Source of the DNA: Saccostrea cucullata
Lineage: Eukaryota
Length of the DNA: 64,000 bases
Reading direction: 5' to 3'
Assembly (NCBI RefSeq): GCF_032062105.1
Contig: NW_026929843.1
Span: forward strand, 38,440 to 102,439
Within the stretch, counting starts at the first letter, position 1; each line of letters begins with the position of its first letter. The translations under genes and the position numbers were made by a program. The notes under the pieces were generated by a model. That model was not told where the DNA came from, ran no database searches, and worked only from the letters and a program-made list of their open reading frames with translations. Of this stretch, positions 23,344 through 35,205 are shown in pieces.

Positions 23344-23527
23344 CACAAGCATAAAATACTCAAAGCCAAGTAAAACAAGGAATACAAGAATGATGTTGGT
23401 AAACCTGGTGGCTCTGGGGAATACCCTGGATGTCTATAAATATCAGCGGGACCTCACAGAGCCCCCTAGTGGCTACAACAGTGTTCATGGAGTGGCGGCG
23501 ACGGAGGACTTAGAATCAGATTTTACG
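23344..23527 (+). CDS. PARP4: PARP4-like exon 11 (PARP catalytic)
   Basis: Acceptor ctttgtccag, donor gtgtgt. 'STSIKYSKPSKTRNTRMMLVNLVALGNTLDVYKYQRDLTEPPSGYNSVHGVAATEDLESDFT'. Confidence 0.75.
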
Positions 23528-23984
23528 GTGTGTTAATGAAGTGATGAGGTTTCCTCCCCAGTTACATGTTATAGAAATGATAAGGATTTTCTTGTGACTG
23601 AAGTAATTTTAATATATTTTTGAAATAGAGTGATGGACATTTTTAAGGCAAATTGTCATATGTAAAACAAGTACTAGTGTTATATAATGGTGTAACCCCC
23701 CCCCCCCAAAAAAAAAAAAAGAGTGTCCCCACAAACACCCCCTCTCTTCAGCCTTCATACCCCCCACCTATTCTTTCTAGAATCATTTATTTTCAAAATA
23801 AAATTTGAAAAAAAATAAATTGCCACCCATGCAGTAACAGTTTGATGTTTGAATTGTACAAGTCAGTATTAAGATGACTTCAGCATAAATGTGCATACCA
23901 GTGTTACACTAGAGTGAATATCTTTGCCTGCTTAACTTTGATACCTTGTTCCTCTTGTGTACATTTTCTCCATTTTTGTGACAG

Positions 23985-24126
23985 GATGATGAGTATGTGG
24001 TGTACAGTACAGACCAGCAGATGTTGAGTTATCTGGTGGAGTTTACCGTGGGAGGGGAGATACCAGGGGAGTTATCAATGGAGGAGGAGATAGAAAGGGA
24101 GACAACTGACTCAGATACAGATGTCG
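23985..24126 (+). CDS. PARP4: PARP4-like exon 12 (end of PARP catalytic domain plus acidic linker)
   Basis: Acceptor tttgtgacag, donor gttagt. 'DDEYVVYSTDQQMLSYLVEFTVGGEI...' matches the PARP C-terminal 'NEYIVYD..Q..L.YLL' signature. Confidence 0.8.
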
Positions 24127-24348
24127 GTTAGTTCAGTGTTTGATCTTTTGTTATACAATATGTCAGGTACCCTATAATTTTATTACATAATTTTGCTAAA
24201 TATACATGTACAATTCAATATAGTTTGATAAAATTTTAAAATTGTTTCTAAAGGATTAGTAAAAAGTGTTTATTGTGCCCTCTGACATTCATAAAAATCT
24301 CTTCATGATGAAAGTGAATACATATACAATAATTTGTTCATTTTTCAG

Positions 24349-24479
24349 ATATCAGTGATGTGAAAAATGTGACTGACCCTCTGACCAAGGTCAAGGTTGG
24401 ACTGGTTTCCAATGATGACACGCCTGTGTCCCTCATAGAAGCCCACATCAGAGCCAAACTGATTGACCTGGCAGGAGAG
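24349..24479 (+). CDS. PARP4: PARP4-like exon 13 (start of VIT region)
   Basis: Acceptor catttttcag, donor gtaatg. Phase 1 in, 0 out. 'DISDVKNVTDPLTKVKVGLVSNDDTPVSLIEAHIRAKLIDLAGE'. Confidence 0.65.
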
Positions 24480-24822
24480 GTAATGTAGGCCAAAGTGAAT
24501 TAGTCAAACGTGAACGTCCTTTCTTATTATTAAGTTCCTATTATGTTTTATCAGATAAGAGATTACTTTGCAGTTCTTTATTTTACATTTTATAGATACT
24601 CAATATACAAAGATACTCAGATTCAAATATGACTCCATTTATAAACATGAATTTAGTATTGTATATAACCTTGTTTGTGTCAGTTTACGCTTTATAATCT
24701 GCGAAGCTTTTTAGATATTACATGTAACTGATCAGAGGCTAGAATACGTCAAACAAAGTGAAATTATTAGATTAATATTTGCAAGTTTGTTTAATACCTA
24801 TTCTTCTGTATGAAAACAACAG

Positions 24823-25047
24823 GTAGTGGTTCTACAAGAGTACCATAACAGTAGTGACAAAGCTCTGGAAGCAAAGTACGTCTTCCCTCTGGATGACATG
24901 GCCGCCGTCTGCGGATTCGAGGCTTTCATTAACGGTAAACACATCATAGGGGAGGTGAAGGAGAAAGAGACCGCCCACAAAGAATACAAACAGGCCATCA
25001 AAGAGGGGCACGGGGCGTATCTAATGGACCAAGATGAGGAAACGCCA
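24823..25047 (+). CDS. PARP4: PARP4-like exon 14 (VIT domain)
   Basis: Acceptor gaaaacaacag, donor gtaagt. 'VVVLQEYHNSSDKALEAKYVFPLDDMAAVCGFEAFINGKHIIGEVKEKETAHKEYKQAIKEGHGAYLMDQDEETP' is a typical VIT pattern (Y.FPL...A.V..F...I.G..I.G.VKEK..A...Y..A...G..A.L). Confidence 0.85.
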
Positions 25048-25429
25048 GTAAGTCAGAAATCATGGGGGAAAATCATGAATTCAAATTCCTTGGGCTTTTT
25101 GTCACTGTTGTGGGTGAAAAGCAAACAATTACTAGGTACATGCATTGTCAGTGAGTTTTATTTGTTCTCTATATTCCAATGAACAGAGAACCTTTAATTA
25201 ACAAGGATTAATAATAAGATTTTAATTTCATAAGATTTGTGTCTTTATATGTCTCATAATGATTTTATATTGATCATGAGCATTTGTTATCATGCATTTT
25301 TTTGAATTATGAATATACCAGGTATATTCCGTTAAGTTTTTCGTTGAAGTAATATGATAACCTGTACATAGTTTAATTGTTGGAGTAATATGGGAGCTTA
25401 ATGTATCCGCTTCTTTGGTCTATTTATAG

Positions 25430-25600
25430 GAGGTATTCACAGTGAGTGTGGGAAACCTCCCCCCTAAGGCTACCGTCATCATTAAGATAACCTACGTCAC
25501 AGAGCTGCAGGTCGACGGGGAACTCATCAACTTCCGACTCCCAGGCAGCGTGGCGCCATGGAAACAGAAGTATGTCGACGCCCCAGAATTCAAAGACAAG
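25430..25600 (+). CDS. PARP4: PARP4-like exon 15 (VIT domain)
   Basis: Acceptor ctatttatag, donor gtttgt. 'EVFTVSVGNLPPKATVIIKITYVTELQVDGELINFRLPGSVAPWKQKYVDAPEFKDK'. Confidence 0.8.
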
Positions 25601-25910
25601 GTTTGTGCATTTTAAAGGAAAAGGAATGAATACCTGCAGTTTTTTGTAGATTAATTTATTAAATTCATTGAAAAACATTGAATCAGAATTGTGCTTTTGT
25701 ATGAGAACAGATGATAATACTAAGGAAGTCAAACTATAGACTGAAATGTTATTGAGTATTTTTTCAGAAAGTTTGGTTTTTATTTTGTCATGTTGATATA
25801 ACTTGTTCCTTTTTCATGTGCGTGGTAAATCATACTTCATTGTTTAATTGATACACAGTGCTAAATGATATGAGGAATGATTATATTTGATGTCTGATTT
25901 TCCTCCTCAG

Positions 25911-26021
25911 GACTGGGATACAGTACAGGTTGAGGACACAGACTGCAGTGTACAGGTTTATGTTGACATGCCTTTTGACATCAGAAGTCTGGAATGTCCT
26001 ACTCACAAAATTCTTGTAAAG
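25911..26021 (+). CDS. PARP4: PARP4-like exon 16
   Basis: Acceptor ttcctcctcag, donor gtaaaa. 'DWDTVQVEDTDCSVQVYVDMPFDIRSLECPTHKILVK'. Confidence 0.65.
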
Positions 26022-26330
26022 GTAAAACCCTCACACTACACTTGTCTGGTGAATTTTAATGAAAAGTACAATGTACTATTGCATTAGACCTATGGCATTT
26101 TATTATTTTCACATCTCCAGAAAAATAATAGTGAAAGTGATAAAACATTTCTTTTTTAATGGTTAATATTATGAAACAGTGTTATATCAAAATGATAATA
26201 TGGTGATGGCACCTTAAAAATTATACCTTCTGTTGTTAGTGCAATGAGTACAACCTCAGGAGGATAAATAAAAAGTACAATAAATAAATACACCAGAGGG
26301 TGAGTACATTAAGGGTGTTGTATTCTGTAG

Positions 26331-26465
26331 AGAACGGCCACTAAAGCCACGGTCGAGATGAAGGAGGACCAGACAATAGAAGATGGCTTCCAGCTTCTGA
26401 TTGGTCTAGCTGAGATCCACGTACCCAGGATGTGGGTGGAATCCGACGAAGGCCAAGATTCACAG
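26331..26465 (+). CDS. PARP4: PARP4-like exon 17
   Basis: Acceptor gtattctgtag, donor gtattc. 'RTATKATVEMKEDQTIEDGFQLLIGLAEIHVPRMWVESDEGQDSQ'. Confidence 0.65.
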
Positions 26466-26910
26466 GTATTCTATTAAAGTTGTGTATCATTTTACCTTGG
26501 GCGTATTATTTCATTTGAAAGATAATAAGCTTGATAAATGGTTAAATGCATTAAGTACAACTGCAAGTAAAAGGGATTTAATGAAACTTACCCTTTGAAA
26601 TTGATCATATTTATTTGATTAAGAGGATAATGATGATTTATTGTAATGTTTTTTAAAAAGCTTAAATTAGATAGAAGACATATGCGTTGCATTAGTGTCA
26701 ACTTCCTTTTTCAGCAAAGCATATATTAACTTGAAATACATGTATGGTACAATTCTGCAGAAAGTCTAAGATAAATGCATTTTGGTTTATTTGAATTGAA
26801 TTTTTAATGACACCGAGGCTAGTCTCACAAAATTTTTACTGAGTTTTAATATTCTGTAAGTTAATCACCATTAGATTAATCATTGATATGTTTACTTTTT
26901 TAATTATCAG

Positions 26911-27097
26911 GCCTGTATGCTGACCTTTTACCCTGAGTTTGAGGCGGAGGAGGAGTCAGAGGTCGAGGTCATTCTGATGATTGACAGCTCCAACTCCATG
27001 AAAGGCTCCGCCCTCCAACAAGCCAAGAAAACGGCTCTCCTGACCCTACACCTCATGGAGTCCAGCTGGAGATTTAATGTGGTGTCTTTTGGAACAG
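26911..27097 (+). CDS. PARP4: PARP4-like exon 18 (start of VWA domain)
   Basis: Acceptor taattatcag, donor gtaaca. 'ACMLTFYPEFEAEEESEVEVILMIDSSNSMKGSALQQAKKTALLTLHLMESSWRFNVVSFGT' carries the VWA MIDAS-type 'DSSNSM' motif. Confidence 0.85.
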
Positions 27098-27254
27098 GTA
27101 ACATTTTGGGAAATGATTTTAGACAGAATAGAATTAATATAGTTATAAAAAAAAAACAGTAATAGCAATCCTACATACATTGTATAATGAGTATATGTAC
27201 TATGCTTACAGCAAAGTGATCTTTATTCCTTGAGATACATTGTATGCACACAAT

Positions 27255-27466
27255 TACTGTAGAAGTACTTTTTTCCGCGTGGTATTAATCTACGCAATGT
27301 ACTCGCTTACAATTTTTCCGCGGAAATTTGTCCAAGCGTACTTAATATAAATGTAAGGCACATATAGAGACAATCTAGAAAATCCGCGTAATTTTATACC
27401 TGCGGATTAAACAGAAATTGAGATTCCGCGGAATAATGACCACGTGGAAAAAGTACGTCTACAGTA
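27255..27466. mobile_element. MITE with about 28-bp TIRs ('tactgtagaagtactttttccgcgtggt ... accacgtggaaaaagtacgtctacagta')
   Basis: Near-perfect terminal inverted repeats. A related copy lies at 52368-52579 and a partial copy at 35040-35131. Confidence 0.8.
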
Positions 27467-27706
27467 TATTTTTGGGAGCAAGAAATTAATTAAGCTTTTA
27501 ACAAAATTAAAATTGTTTTTCTCAGGTAATTTGCATATAAATTTTTAGTACATGTAGCTAGCTGTTCATACTTTGCCTGTTGAAAGAATTAATTGGTATC
27601 TCCCTGATCTGTACATCTTATATTAACATAAAATATGCAGAAGTATTTTAATTCATTTTAAATTTAGAATTTAAGTCATCTTTCTGTTGAATTTTGTATG
27701 TTGCAG

Positions 27707-27780
27707 CTTTCCAAGAGCTTTTCCCGTCCAGCCAGCTGGCCAGTAAATTTAACATACAATCAGCAAAACAGTTCATACAG
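27707..27780 (+). CDS. PARP4: PARP4-like exon 19 (VWA), followed by a putative GC donor
   Basis: Acceptor atgttgcag. '(A)FQELFPSSQLASKFNIQSAKQFIQ'. Only 'gcaaga' follows at 27781. The next VWA exon is in the +1 frame, consistent with a 121-nt GC-AG intron. Confidence 0.55.
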
Positions 27781-27901
27781 GCAAGAAATAAAAATTTTAA
27801 AACACTTACCACTTTCAAATTGATCAGTGAAATTGAACAATACAGTTATGAAGTACTGCTTGTATTTGAATTTTTAATTTTTCTTTTGATTTCTCTCTCA
27901 G

Positions 27902-28089
27902 AGGCTGCAAGCAGAGGAAGGTAACACAGAACTTTGTCGACCTTTGAACTCTTACTACCTCCTAAAACCAGAGAGTTACACTAGGAATATCTTCCTGATC
28001 TCTGATGGCCATATTAACAATGAGGAGACAACTCTGTCCAAAATCTCCCAAAATTACCAGCACACCAGAGTCTTTACACTAGGGGTCAG
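27902..28089 (+). CDS. PARP4: PARP4-like exon 20 (VWA)
   Basis: Acceptor ttctctctcag, donor gtaatg. 'RLQAEEGNTELCRPLNSYYLLKPESYTRNIFLISDGHINNEETTLSKISQNYQHTRVFTLGV' has the VWA 'GgT.l..aL' and 'ifL.tDG' pattern. Confidence 0.8.
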
Positions 28090-28309
28090 GTAATGTCAGA
28101 AAATATTTCTATAGAATTTGTTTGAAAAAAAATATTAAACAGTGTACATGTACATATAGTAACATTGATTAGCAGGAGGTGGGGGGGGGGGAGTTCATTA
28201 TTTTAACATTTTTTGCATTAATTTTAATAGAATTTAATTTAATTCAGTTACTGTAACAGTTTTATATAAGCATATTAATAAGTTTATTTCTTTCATATCA
28301 TATTTACAG

Positions 28310-28409
28310 CTCTGTGGCCAATCGTCACCTACTGAAAGCTGTGGCCAGAGTAGGAGCAGGGTCATTTGAGTTTTACGACTCCAAATTCAAATCCAAGTGG
28401 GAGGAAAAG
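28310..28409 (+). CDS. PARP4: PARP4-like exon 21 (VWA end)
   Basis: Acceptor catatttacag, donor gtaaat. 'SSVANRHLLKAVARVGAGSFEFYDSKFKSKWEEK'. Confidence 0.7.
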
Positions 28410-28526
28410 GTAAATATTTTGTCTTCAAATTAAAAAAACAAATTAAGATAGCATAATGGCAGTTTTTTCCCCTCCATATTCCAATTCCCCCTCTCTGATT
28501 ATCAATCCAACATTTTCTATTTTAAG

Positions 28527-28694
28527 GTCAAGTCCCAGTTACAGAAAGCTGCCCAGCCAGTGCTGACCTCTGTATCTGTTGATTGGCGCCATGACGACCA
28601 GCACCCTGCTCCCATCCAAGCTCCGCAGCAAATAACCGCCCTGTTTAGTGGGTCCCGACAAGTCATTTATGGCTTTGTGGACAACTGTTACATG
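28527..28694 (+). CDS. PARP4: PARP4-like exon 22
   Basis: Acceptor ctattttaag, donor gtttgt. 'VKSQLQKAAQPVLTSVSVDWRHDDQHPAPIQAPQQITALFSGSRQVIYGFVDNCYM' is typical of the post-VWA region of ITIH/PARP4 proteins. Confidence 0.65.
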
Positions 28695-28845
28695 GTTTGT
28701 ATTGCATGTATTTTGTTCAAAAGAAATCCATAATTTTTTTGGGCCTTGAATTTGAGTTTTATAGTTAAAAAGTTAGAATAATTTAGTTCTGAATCAACAT
28801 TTTTGGTACTGATAATTTTTAAAGTTACAGGGACCATTATTTTTT

Positions 28846-29320
28846 AGCTCTACTGGTCAGAGACCAGAAGAGCTTATGCGATAGTAATGCGTCCGGCGTC
28901 TGTCTAGCTGTCCGTCTGTCTGTAAACAATTTTTCAAAATGCTACTCCTGCTACAGTTTTGGTCTAATTTCAATATAACTTGGCACACAAGTAGACTACA
29001 CTAAAATACATAATTCTGTGTATCGGTTTTTGATTTCGATGAACGGTGTTGCCGTGGTTACTAAAAATAGAAATTTCTGTGAAATTCTTTCAAAATGCTA
29101 CTCCTCTTACAGTTTTGGTCTGATTTCAATATAACTTGGCACACAAGTAGACTACACTCAGAACATAAAGAGACTTTATCAACGATCATTATTCTATTCA
29201 TTGCTGTTGTAAATTAAGTTTCAAATCCCAGCTGCTAAAGTACTTTTCTCTTCCTTTGCTATAAGTTCAAACCAGTAGAGCTTCAGTCTCGACAGAGACT
29301 TCTGGTTAGATTATGCACCA
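28846..29320. mobile_element. MITE with TIR 'agctctactggt ... accagtagagct', internal (gtct)n-rich segment and an internal about 125-bp tandem duplication
   Basis: The TIRs are seen directly. 28915-29040 is repeated at 29045-29165. The 'gtctgtctagctgtccgtctgtctgtaaac' segment is shared with the family at 40030, 56345, 62335 and 63160. Confidence 0.7.
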
Positions 29321-29411
29321 ATGAAAGAGAAGTGCTTTGTTTAGTGAATATATTTTGTGTTTTATTGGTATTTTAACTTAACTGAATGACAGTGTAAATT
29401 TACTATTTCAG

Positions 29412-29492
29412 GCAACTCTGAAAGCAGAGGTTGGAGGTCAAGAGATATCAACAGTTGTGTCGACCTCTGACCTTAGTGTCACAAAGGGCAAG
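29412..29492 (+). CDS. PARP4: PARP4-like exon 23
   Basis: Acceptor tactatttcag, donor gtcagt. 'ATLKAEVGGQEISTVVSTSDLSVTKGK'. Confidence 0.55.
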
Positions 29493-29706
29493 GTCAGTTT
29501 TACAACTCACAGATAAATACAGACAAAAATAAAATCCCCTTCAGGCTGATAGAATGTCAGGCTTTTGCAATAAATTACAACAATTCTTACCATCAAGATT
29601 TTATAAGACATCCTTTCTAATGATTTTTATTTTTCCTTTGAATTCAGCAGGGCTTTTGATGAACTGTTATATAGAATATTAGCCACTGATTCTGATTTAT
29701 TTTTAG

Positions 29707-29787
29707 ATGCTGCATAGGCTGACTGCCAAAGGGGTAATCAGAGATTGGGAAGATGGAGTTCTCTCCCCTGACAGAACAGGACATGAG
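29707..29787 (+). CDS. PARP4: PARP4-like exon 24
   Basis: Acceptor ttatttttag, donor gtaaaa. 'MLHRLTAKGVIRDWEDGVLSPDRTGHE'. Confidence 0.55.
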
Positions 29788-30029
29788 GTAAAATAAACAA
29801 AAATAGAATTTGATATATATTGCAATTGATGAATTATTTTCTTAGCCAAAGCATCTTAAAAAGTTAAAAACATTATTATACATATCTCTTTAATGCAAAA
29901 CTTTTGTATGTAGTAATATTTCCAAAGTACTGATTGTAGAAACATTTGTATTACAATTGACATGAATTTGATGGTAATTAATATACAAAATGTATTATTT
30001 ATACAGTATGTATTTTTTTTGAATTTCAG

Positions 30030-30131
30030 GTGAGGAAAATGAACCTGAAGCAGTATATTATAGAGCTGAGTAAGAAGTATACCATCGTCACGTCACTCAC
30101 CAGCTTTGTCGCCATCGAGAAACGAGAAAAG
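30030..30131 (+). CDS. PARP4: PARP4-like exon 25
   Basis: Acceptor gaatttcag, donor gtaatc. 'VRKMNLKQYIIELSKKYTIVTSLTSFVAIEKREK' matches the 'LS..y.ivT..TSfVAve' motif shared by VIT-VWA proteins. Confidence 0.7.
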
Positions 30132-30520
30132 GTAATCACCTCTGAAATCTAGTTATTAGTAACTTTTTTATCTAAATTTTCAATTTTCCATCTAAATTTT
30201 ATGGATCTCACGTCAAGAAAAACAACAGATTATGATAATCAAAATATTTTAAGATTATTGTACAACATTTCTTTGTTATGATTTTATAATCTGAAAGTCC
30301 TTTTGAGATTAACTTAAGTCTATACAATGTAATTAAAACTGAGAACATCAACATCTAAATGTAGGCACTTCCTTCTTAAAATATATATACTCCTTTGACT
30401 TTTAAATCTTTAAGTATCTAATATTTTAGCCATATACACGTACATGCATTATAGACACCATTTTGAAATTCACACTTCATGTTAATTTTTTAATGGACCC
30501 GTGGATTAATTAATTTGTAG

Positions 30521-30616
30521 GATGAGGTGATTCCAGAGGATGCTCCAGACGTCTGGGACCTCCTGGAAAACGAGGACGTGGATCAGCTGAAATATTTATC
30601 CTGGGAAGGAGAGGAG
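30521..30616 (+). CDS. PARP4: PARP4-like exon 26 (last exon with recognisable PARP4/ITIH-type sequence)
   Basis: Acceptor taatttgtag, donor gtacat. Phase 0. 'DEVIPEDAPDVWDLLENEDVDQLKYLSWEGEE'. Confidence 0.6.
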
Positions 30617-31057
30617 GTACATTTAATAGAACTCGCAGAAGAAAAAGTCACATGACCACTGATTTCTATTTGATATAGTAGAAATTTATCGCTGAATTTG
30701 CATCTCGCTAAAAGAAATACGCACGCTAACTCTCGATTCTCGCCTGCATTTTGGAACCATTTAATTCAATATAAATAGCAATTTGGCCATAAAATTTTTG
30801 TCTAAAACAAAGAACAGTTCAATGGTAATTAAATAATTGTCTTAATACCAGCGCTAAAGTAAATTATCCATAATTCCAGCTCTTGAGAAAAGGGGGGTAG
30901 ACGATATTATTCACTAAAATCGGAGTTTCAAGCATCACCATATTTTGAAATAGTCTTGGAAATGATTAAATGTTCCTTATATCTTTTCAAATGTTCTAGA
31001 CAAATAAATCTAACATAAATATATCAATAAGATATTATGTTTCAGATGTAAATCGCT

Positions 31058-33730
31058 TTGAAATTGGTGGAAAATACCTTAAAATCCCGAGTATTGGGCG
31101 CACTTTTTTTCGTCAGAAAAATGTTCAAAAGTAGGGATGCACTCAATACATCGGAACAAAATTCATCCCCCTTTTTTTCAGGTCACTTTCTCAGTGCCGA
31201 GGACCATTTTCCTGATCCATTTGAATTGATTACCCTTTTGTAACCAATTACGTCAAAGTTAATCGAATTTTAGAGAGTTATATGCATAAGTCCTACCTGT
31301 TGTAGAAATATACATATACCCTAAGTATTGAAATAAAGAAAACCGTTTCAAAAATCAAATTCTGATGAAAAACGATCTTTGTTTATATTTTATTTCCATT
31401 GCATATTCCGCCATTTTGAACTACCGTCGCTTATATCATCAACGAACAGCATGTCGCTTAAGACATAGATGTATTTAATTAATACCTATAAATGAGTCAA
31501 AAATAGATTCCAAGTGCTAGAAGGATTAGAAAGTGTTGACGACATCTGGGAAAATATGATAAAAGGTTACAACGAGACAGCAGACAGCATACTTGGGGTA
31601 AAAGAAAAGGGACAAAAACCATGGATAAGCAGGGAGTCTTGGAAGGTAGTAGAAGAGAGGAAGCAGCTAAAACTCCAACTTACCAACAGCAGATCAGAAA
31701 GATTAAAAAGAAGTTTAAGAAATAAATATTCAGTTAAAGACAGAGAGGTAAAACGCAGTATGAGGAATAACAGGAGAAAGTGGACAGAAGACATGATTAC
31801 AGAAGCAGAAAGAGCAGCAAGTAATGGGCACATGAAAACAGTATACGAGATAACTAGAGTGTTAAGCAATGAAAAGAAAGGCATGACAACAGCAATAAAG
31901 GATAAAGAGGGGAAGATCCTGAGCAGTCAAGATGAAAGAAAGAAAAGGTGGAAAGAGCACTTTCAAGAAATATTAAACCGCCCGCAACCTGAACATCCAT
32001 TAGAAGTTGAAAGCGAAGATCAAGAATTAGATGAGATGGATACAAGTCCCATACGAAAAGAGGAAATAGTGAAGGCTATAAAGAACCTGAAGAATGGAAA
32101 GGCTGGAGGAGTAGATGGAATAACAGCTGAATTGTTAAAGGCAAACACAGAGACAACAGCAAGATATTTGGAAAAACTGTTTTCAACAATCTGGAGACAA
32201 GAAACCATACCATCAGTCTGGAGTAAAGGCCTGATAGTGAAGATCCCAAAGAAAGGTGATAGATCGGTATGTGATAATTATAGAGGAATAACACTTCTAT
32301 CTGTGCCAAGCAAAGTATTCTCCAGAATAGTAATACAGAGAATCCAAGATGGAGTTGAAAAACAGCTGCGTGAGGAACAAGCTGGCTTCAGAAGAGGGAG
32401 GAGTACAACTGAACAACTATTCACACTCCGAAACATCATAGAGCAATGCACCGAATGGAATTCAACATTGTTTATAAACTATGTTGACTTTGAAAAGGCA
32501 TTTGATTCCATTCACAGAGAGAGCCTTTGGTCCATCATGAAGTTCTATGGCATCCCAGACAAATTGGTCAGAATGGTGAAACTCCTATATGAATCATTCC
32601 AATGTGCAGTCCTTGAAGATGGAGAAGAAACGGACTGATTCTGGGTATCAACAGGAGTGAAACAGGGCTGCACAATGTCTGGATTCCTATTTCTGTTGGT
32701 CATAGATTACGTAATGAAAAGAACTACAGAAAGCGAGCCAACAGGAATAAGATGGAATTTCACAACAAAACTGGAAGACCTAGACTTCGCAGATGATCTT
32801 GCCTTACTTTCCTCCAAATTTCAAGACATCCAACAAAAGACACAAAGACTCAATGAAACTGCTAAGCAAGCTGGCCTCAGAATAAACACCGAGAAAACTA
32901 AAGTGATGAAGATCAACTCAGACATAAAAGAAGCAGTCAAGATTGATGGACAAGACCTAGAAGATGTAGAAAAATTTACTTACCTTGGAGGCGTAATAAC
33001 AACAAAGGGAGGTGCTGACGAGGACATTACCAACAGACTGGGAAAAGCTAAGTCCCAATTCGGAAGGCTCAGGAAAATCTGGAGCTCATCAAAGTTTTCC
33101 ATCCAAACAAAAGTAAAGCTATTTAACAGCCTAGTCCTGTCAGTTTTAATGTATGGAAGCGAAACATGGAAAACAACAGAGAGAGACAAAAAGAAAATTG
33201 ACACCTTCCAGAATAGATGCCTTAGAAAGATCTTGCGAGTAAGATGGCCCGAGAAAGTGTCTAATGAAGAACTCCATCAAAGAACAAAGACAGCTACAGC
33301 AAGTGAAATGATAACCCTCAGGAAGTGGAAGTGGATTGGCCATGTACTGAGGATGGATAACACCAGGATATGTACCACTGCACTGACATGGCATCCAGAA
33401 GGAAAGAGAAAAGTAGGCCGGTCAAAAACAACTTGGAGGAGGACCACGGAGCAAGAGACTGGGGAGGAAAAGCTGGGCGTCAGCGAGGGCAGCAGCAAAG
33501 ACAGAAACATTGGAGACTGTGTATTGGGGCCTTATGTGCCAGCGGGCACGAAGAGGACAGGTGAGGTGAGGTATAAATGAGTCAACAGCTATAATCTTTT
33601 TGATGTTTTTCTGATTTATTCTTATTTCTATAACTTATTTTTATGTTTTAAATTTAAGATATGTGATTTGAGTTACAAATTGTTAGGGATTGTATTGCTG
33701 CGTCATTGCTATATTTAACTTCAGTCTAAG
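31058..33730 (+). mobile_element. 5'-truncated, frameshifted RTE-like non-LTR retrotransposon (reverse-transcriptase ORFs 31514..32638 and 32657..33580) inside the intron
   Basis: RT motifs 'FRRGRSTTEQLFTLRNIIEQ', 'YVDFEKAFDSIHRESLW', 'GVKQGCTMSGFLF' and 'FADDLALLS'. There is no endonuclease domain upstream (5' truncation). The two RT halves are in different frames (frameshift near 32640). A short AT-rich 3' tail follows. Confidence 0.8.
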
Positions 33731-34832
33731 TTGTCACGTAGGCCATGAGTGGCATGACCATTGTTTATATAACAATTATCACTTCAACACCTGCGTTATT
33801 AAAACACTAGGCAGTGGAAGCACATATAAACGTTTTTGTTTAAACAGTCAATTACAACCAAGAAAATTATCAATGGATACCAAGAACTGTTTAATTACTA
33901 AAAGCCAACTTTTCGACATTAATATCGCTTGGGTATGACCTAATTCATAACACGCTTGGATTGGAAATAATTAAAAAGAAAATAATCAAGTATTATTACC
34001 TCTTTTTAGATAACTATTACAAAGATTAAATTAAAATGTTCATTCATGCACACTTGAATATATGTAAAGTGAAAAAAACTGACGTTCTACTCTCGTTTGT
34101 GATTCGTAAATTTTTTATTTTATTTTAAGTTAATGTACTAGAACAAGTAATGTCACATCCGATTTCTGCGTTTTTGGGATGCGCTTTTTACATAGGACCA
34201 GCGTTTTTTTCAGGATTTTTACCCCCAAAGTTGGAGGTGCGTCTTTTACAACAATGCGCACAATACTCGGGATTTTACGGTAAGCATTTCTATCGATTTT
34301 TGTCAATAAAAATATGTTCCCCCCTGTGTCACACAAAAAGTTTTCGTATGAATTTGTGAAATAACATTTCAAATTACCTGTAAAAAGGAATTTTTGTGAC
34401 ACGGAGGGGGGATGTTTTAAAAATATTTTCCGTTTTTCCGTTAATTTCTATATTGAAAAACACAAGTTTTACCAAAATTTTAGAGCTATCTCTCTTTGTT
34501 TTCCCAAATAAGTAATGTTTTATGAAAATCCATATAATTATCTAAAAAGAATACAAAAAATTAATCAAATATATTAACTTTTGAAAATTGACTTGGAGGT
34601 AGGCGGGAGAACAATACTATCGTTCGCAGTTCTTTCCACTTAATATACGGTAAACTGTAAACTTACTTTTTTCCATGGGTCAATCATTATTTCGCTAAAA
34701 TTTTCACTTATACGATATACTGTAAACTTACTTTTTTCCATGGGTCATTATTCAACGGGATCTTAATTTGTGTTGAATCAGCGTGTAGAAAATCATGCAG
34801 ATTTCTTAGACTGTTACTACATGTATATACTG

Positions 34833-35023
34833 TACAGTGGGCCTTCATTTATCCGGATGCTTTGGTTCCCAGTCAATTTGTCCGGATATGTGAAGCATTC
34901 GGATATCTGAATCACCAGTTAAACAAGAATAAATAGCATTTAAAAATTTCGTTCTGATGAAAAATCATCCGGATACTGAAGCATCTGGATATCTGGCGTC
35001 CGGATATCTGAAGGTCCACTGTA
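34833..35023. mobile_element. small MITE with TIR 'tacagtgggccttca ... tgaaggtccactgta' and internal 'tccggatat' repeats
   Basis: Inverted termini are seen directly. Confidence 0.6.
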
Positions 35024-35039
35024 TTACCTTTCATTTATA

Positions 35040-35131
35040 TTGAGTACGCTTGGACAAATTTATGCCGAAAATTTGTTACCACATACATAGTGTAGATTAA
35101 TAATACCACACAGAAAAAAGTACTTCTACAG
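35040..35131. mobile_element. partial copy (one end) of the 27255-type MITE, ending about 20 nt upstream of exon 35152
   Basis: 'ccacacagaaaaaagtacttctacagta' matches the TIR of 27255-27466. Confidence 0.55.
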
Positions 35132-35151
35132 TATTTATTTTTTTTCTATTT

Positions 35152-35205
35152 AGGATGAGAGTTCAAGTGATGAAGAAGAGATGGAAGAAGAATATTCGTC
35201 CGCCG
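35152..35205 (+). CDS. candidate exon of acidic C-terminal extension: 'DESSSDEEEMEEEYSSAE'
   Basis: Acceptor tttctatttag, donor gtaaaa. Phase 0 to 0, compatible with the phase-0 end of exon 26. Confidence 0.45.

Noticed and set aside
31567-33510. Several minus-strand ORFs (60-105 aa) antisense to the LINE
   Set aside because: Low-complexity L/S/F-rich antisense translations of the RT gene. This is a typical artefact.
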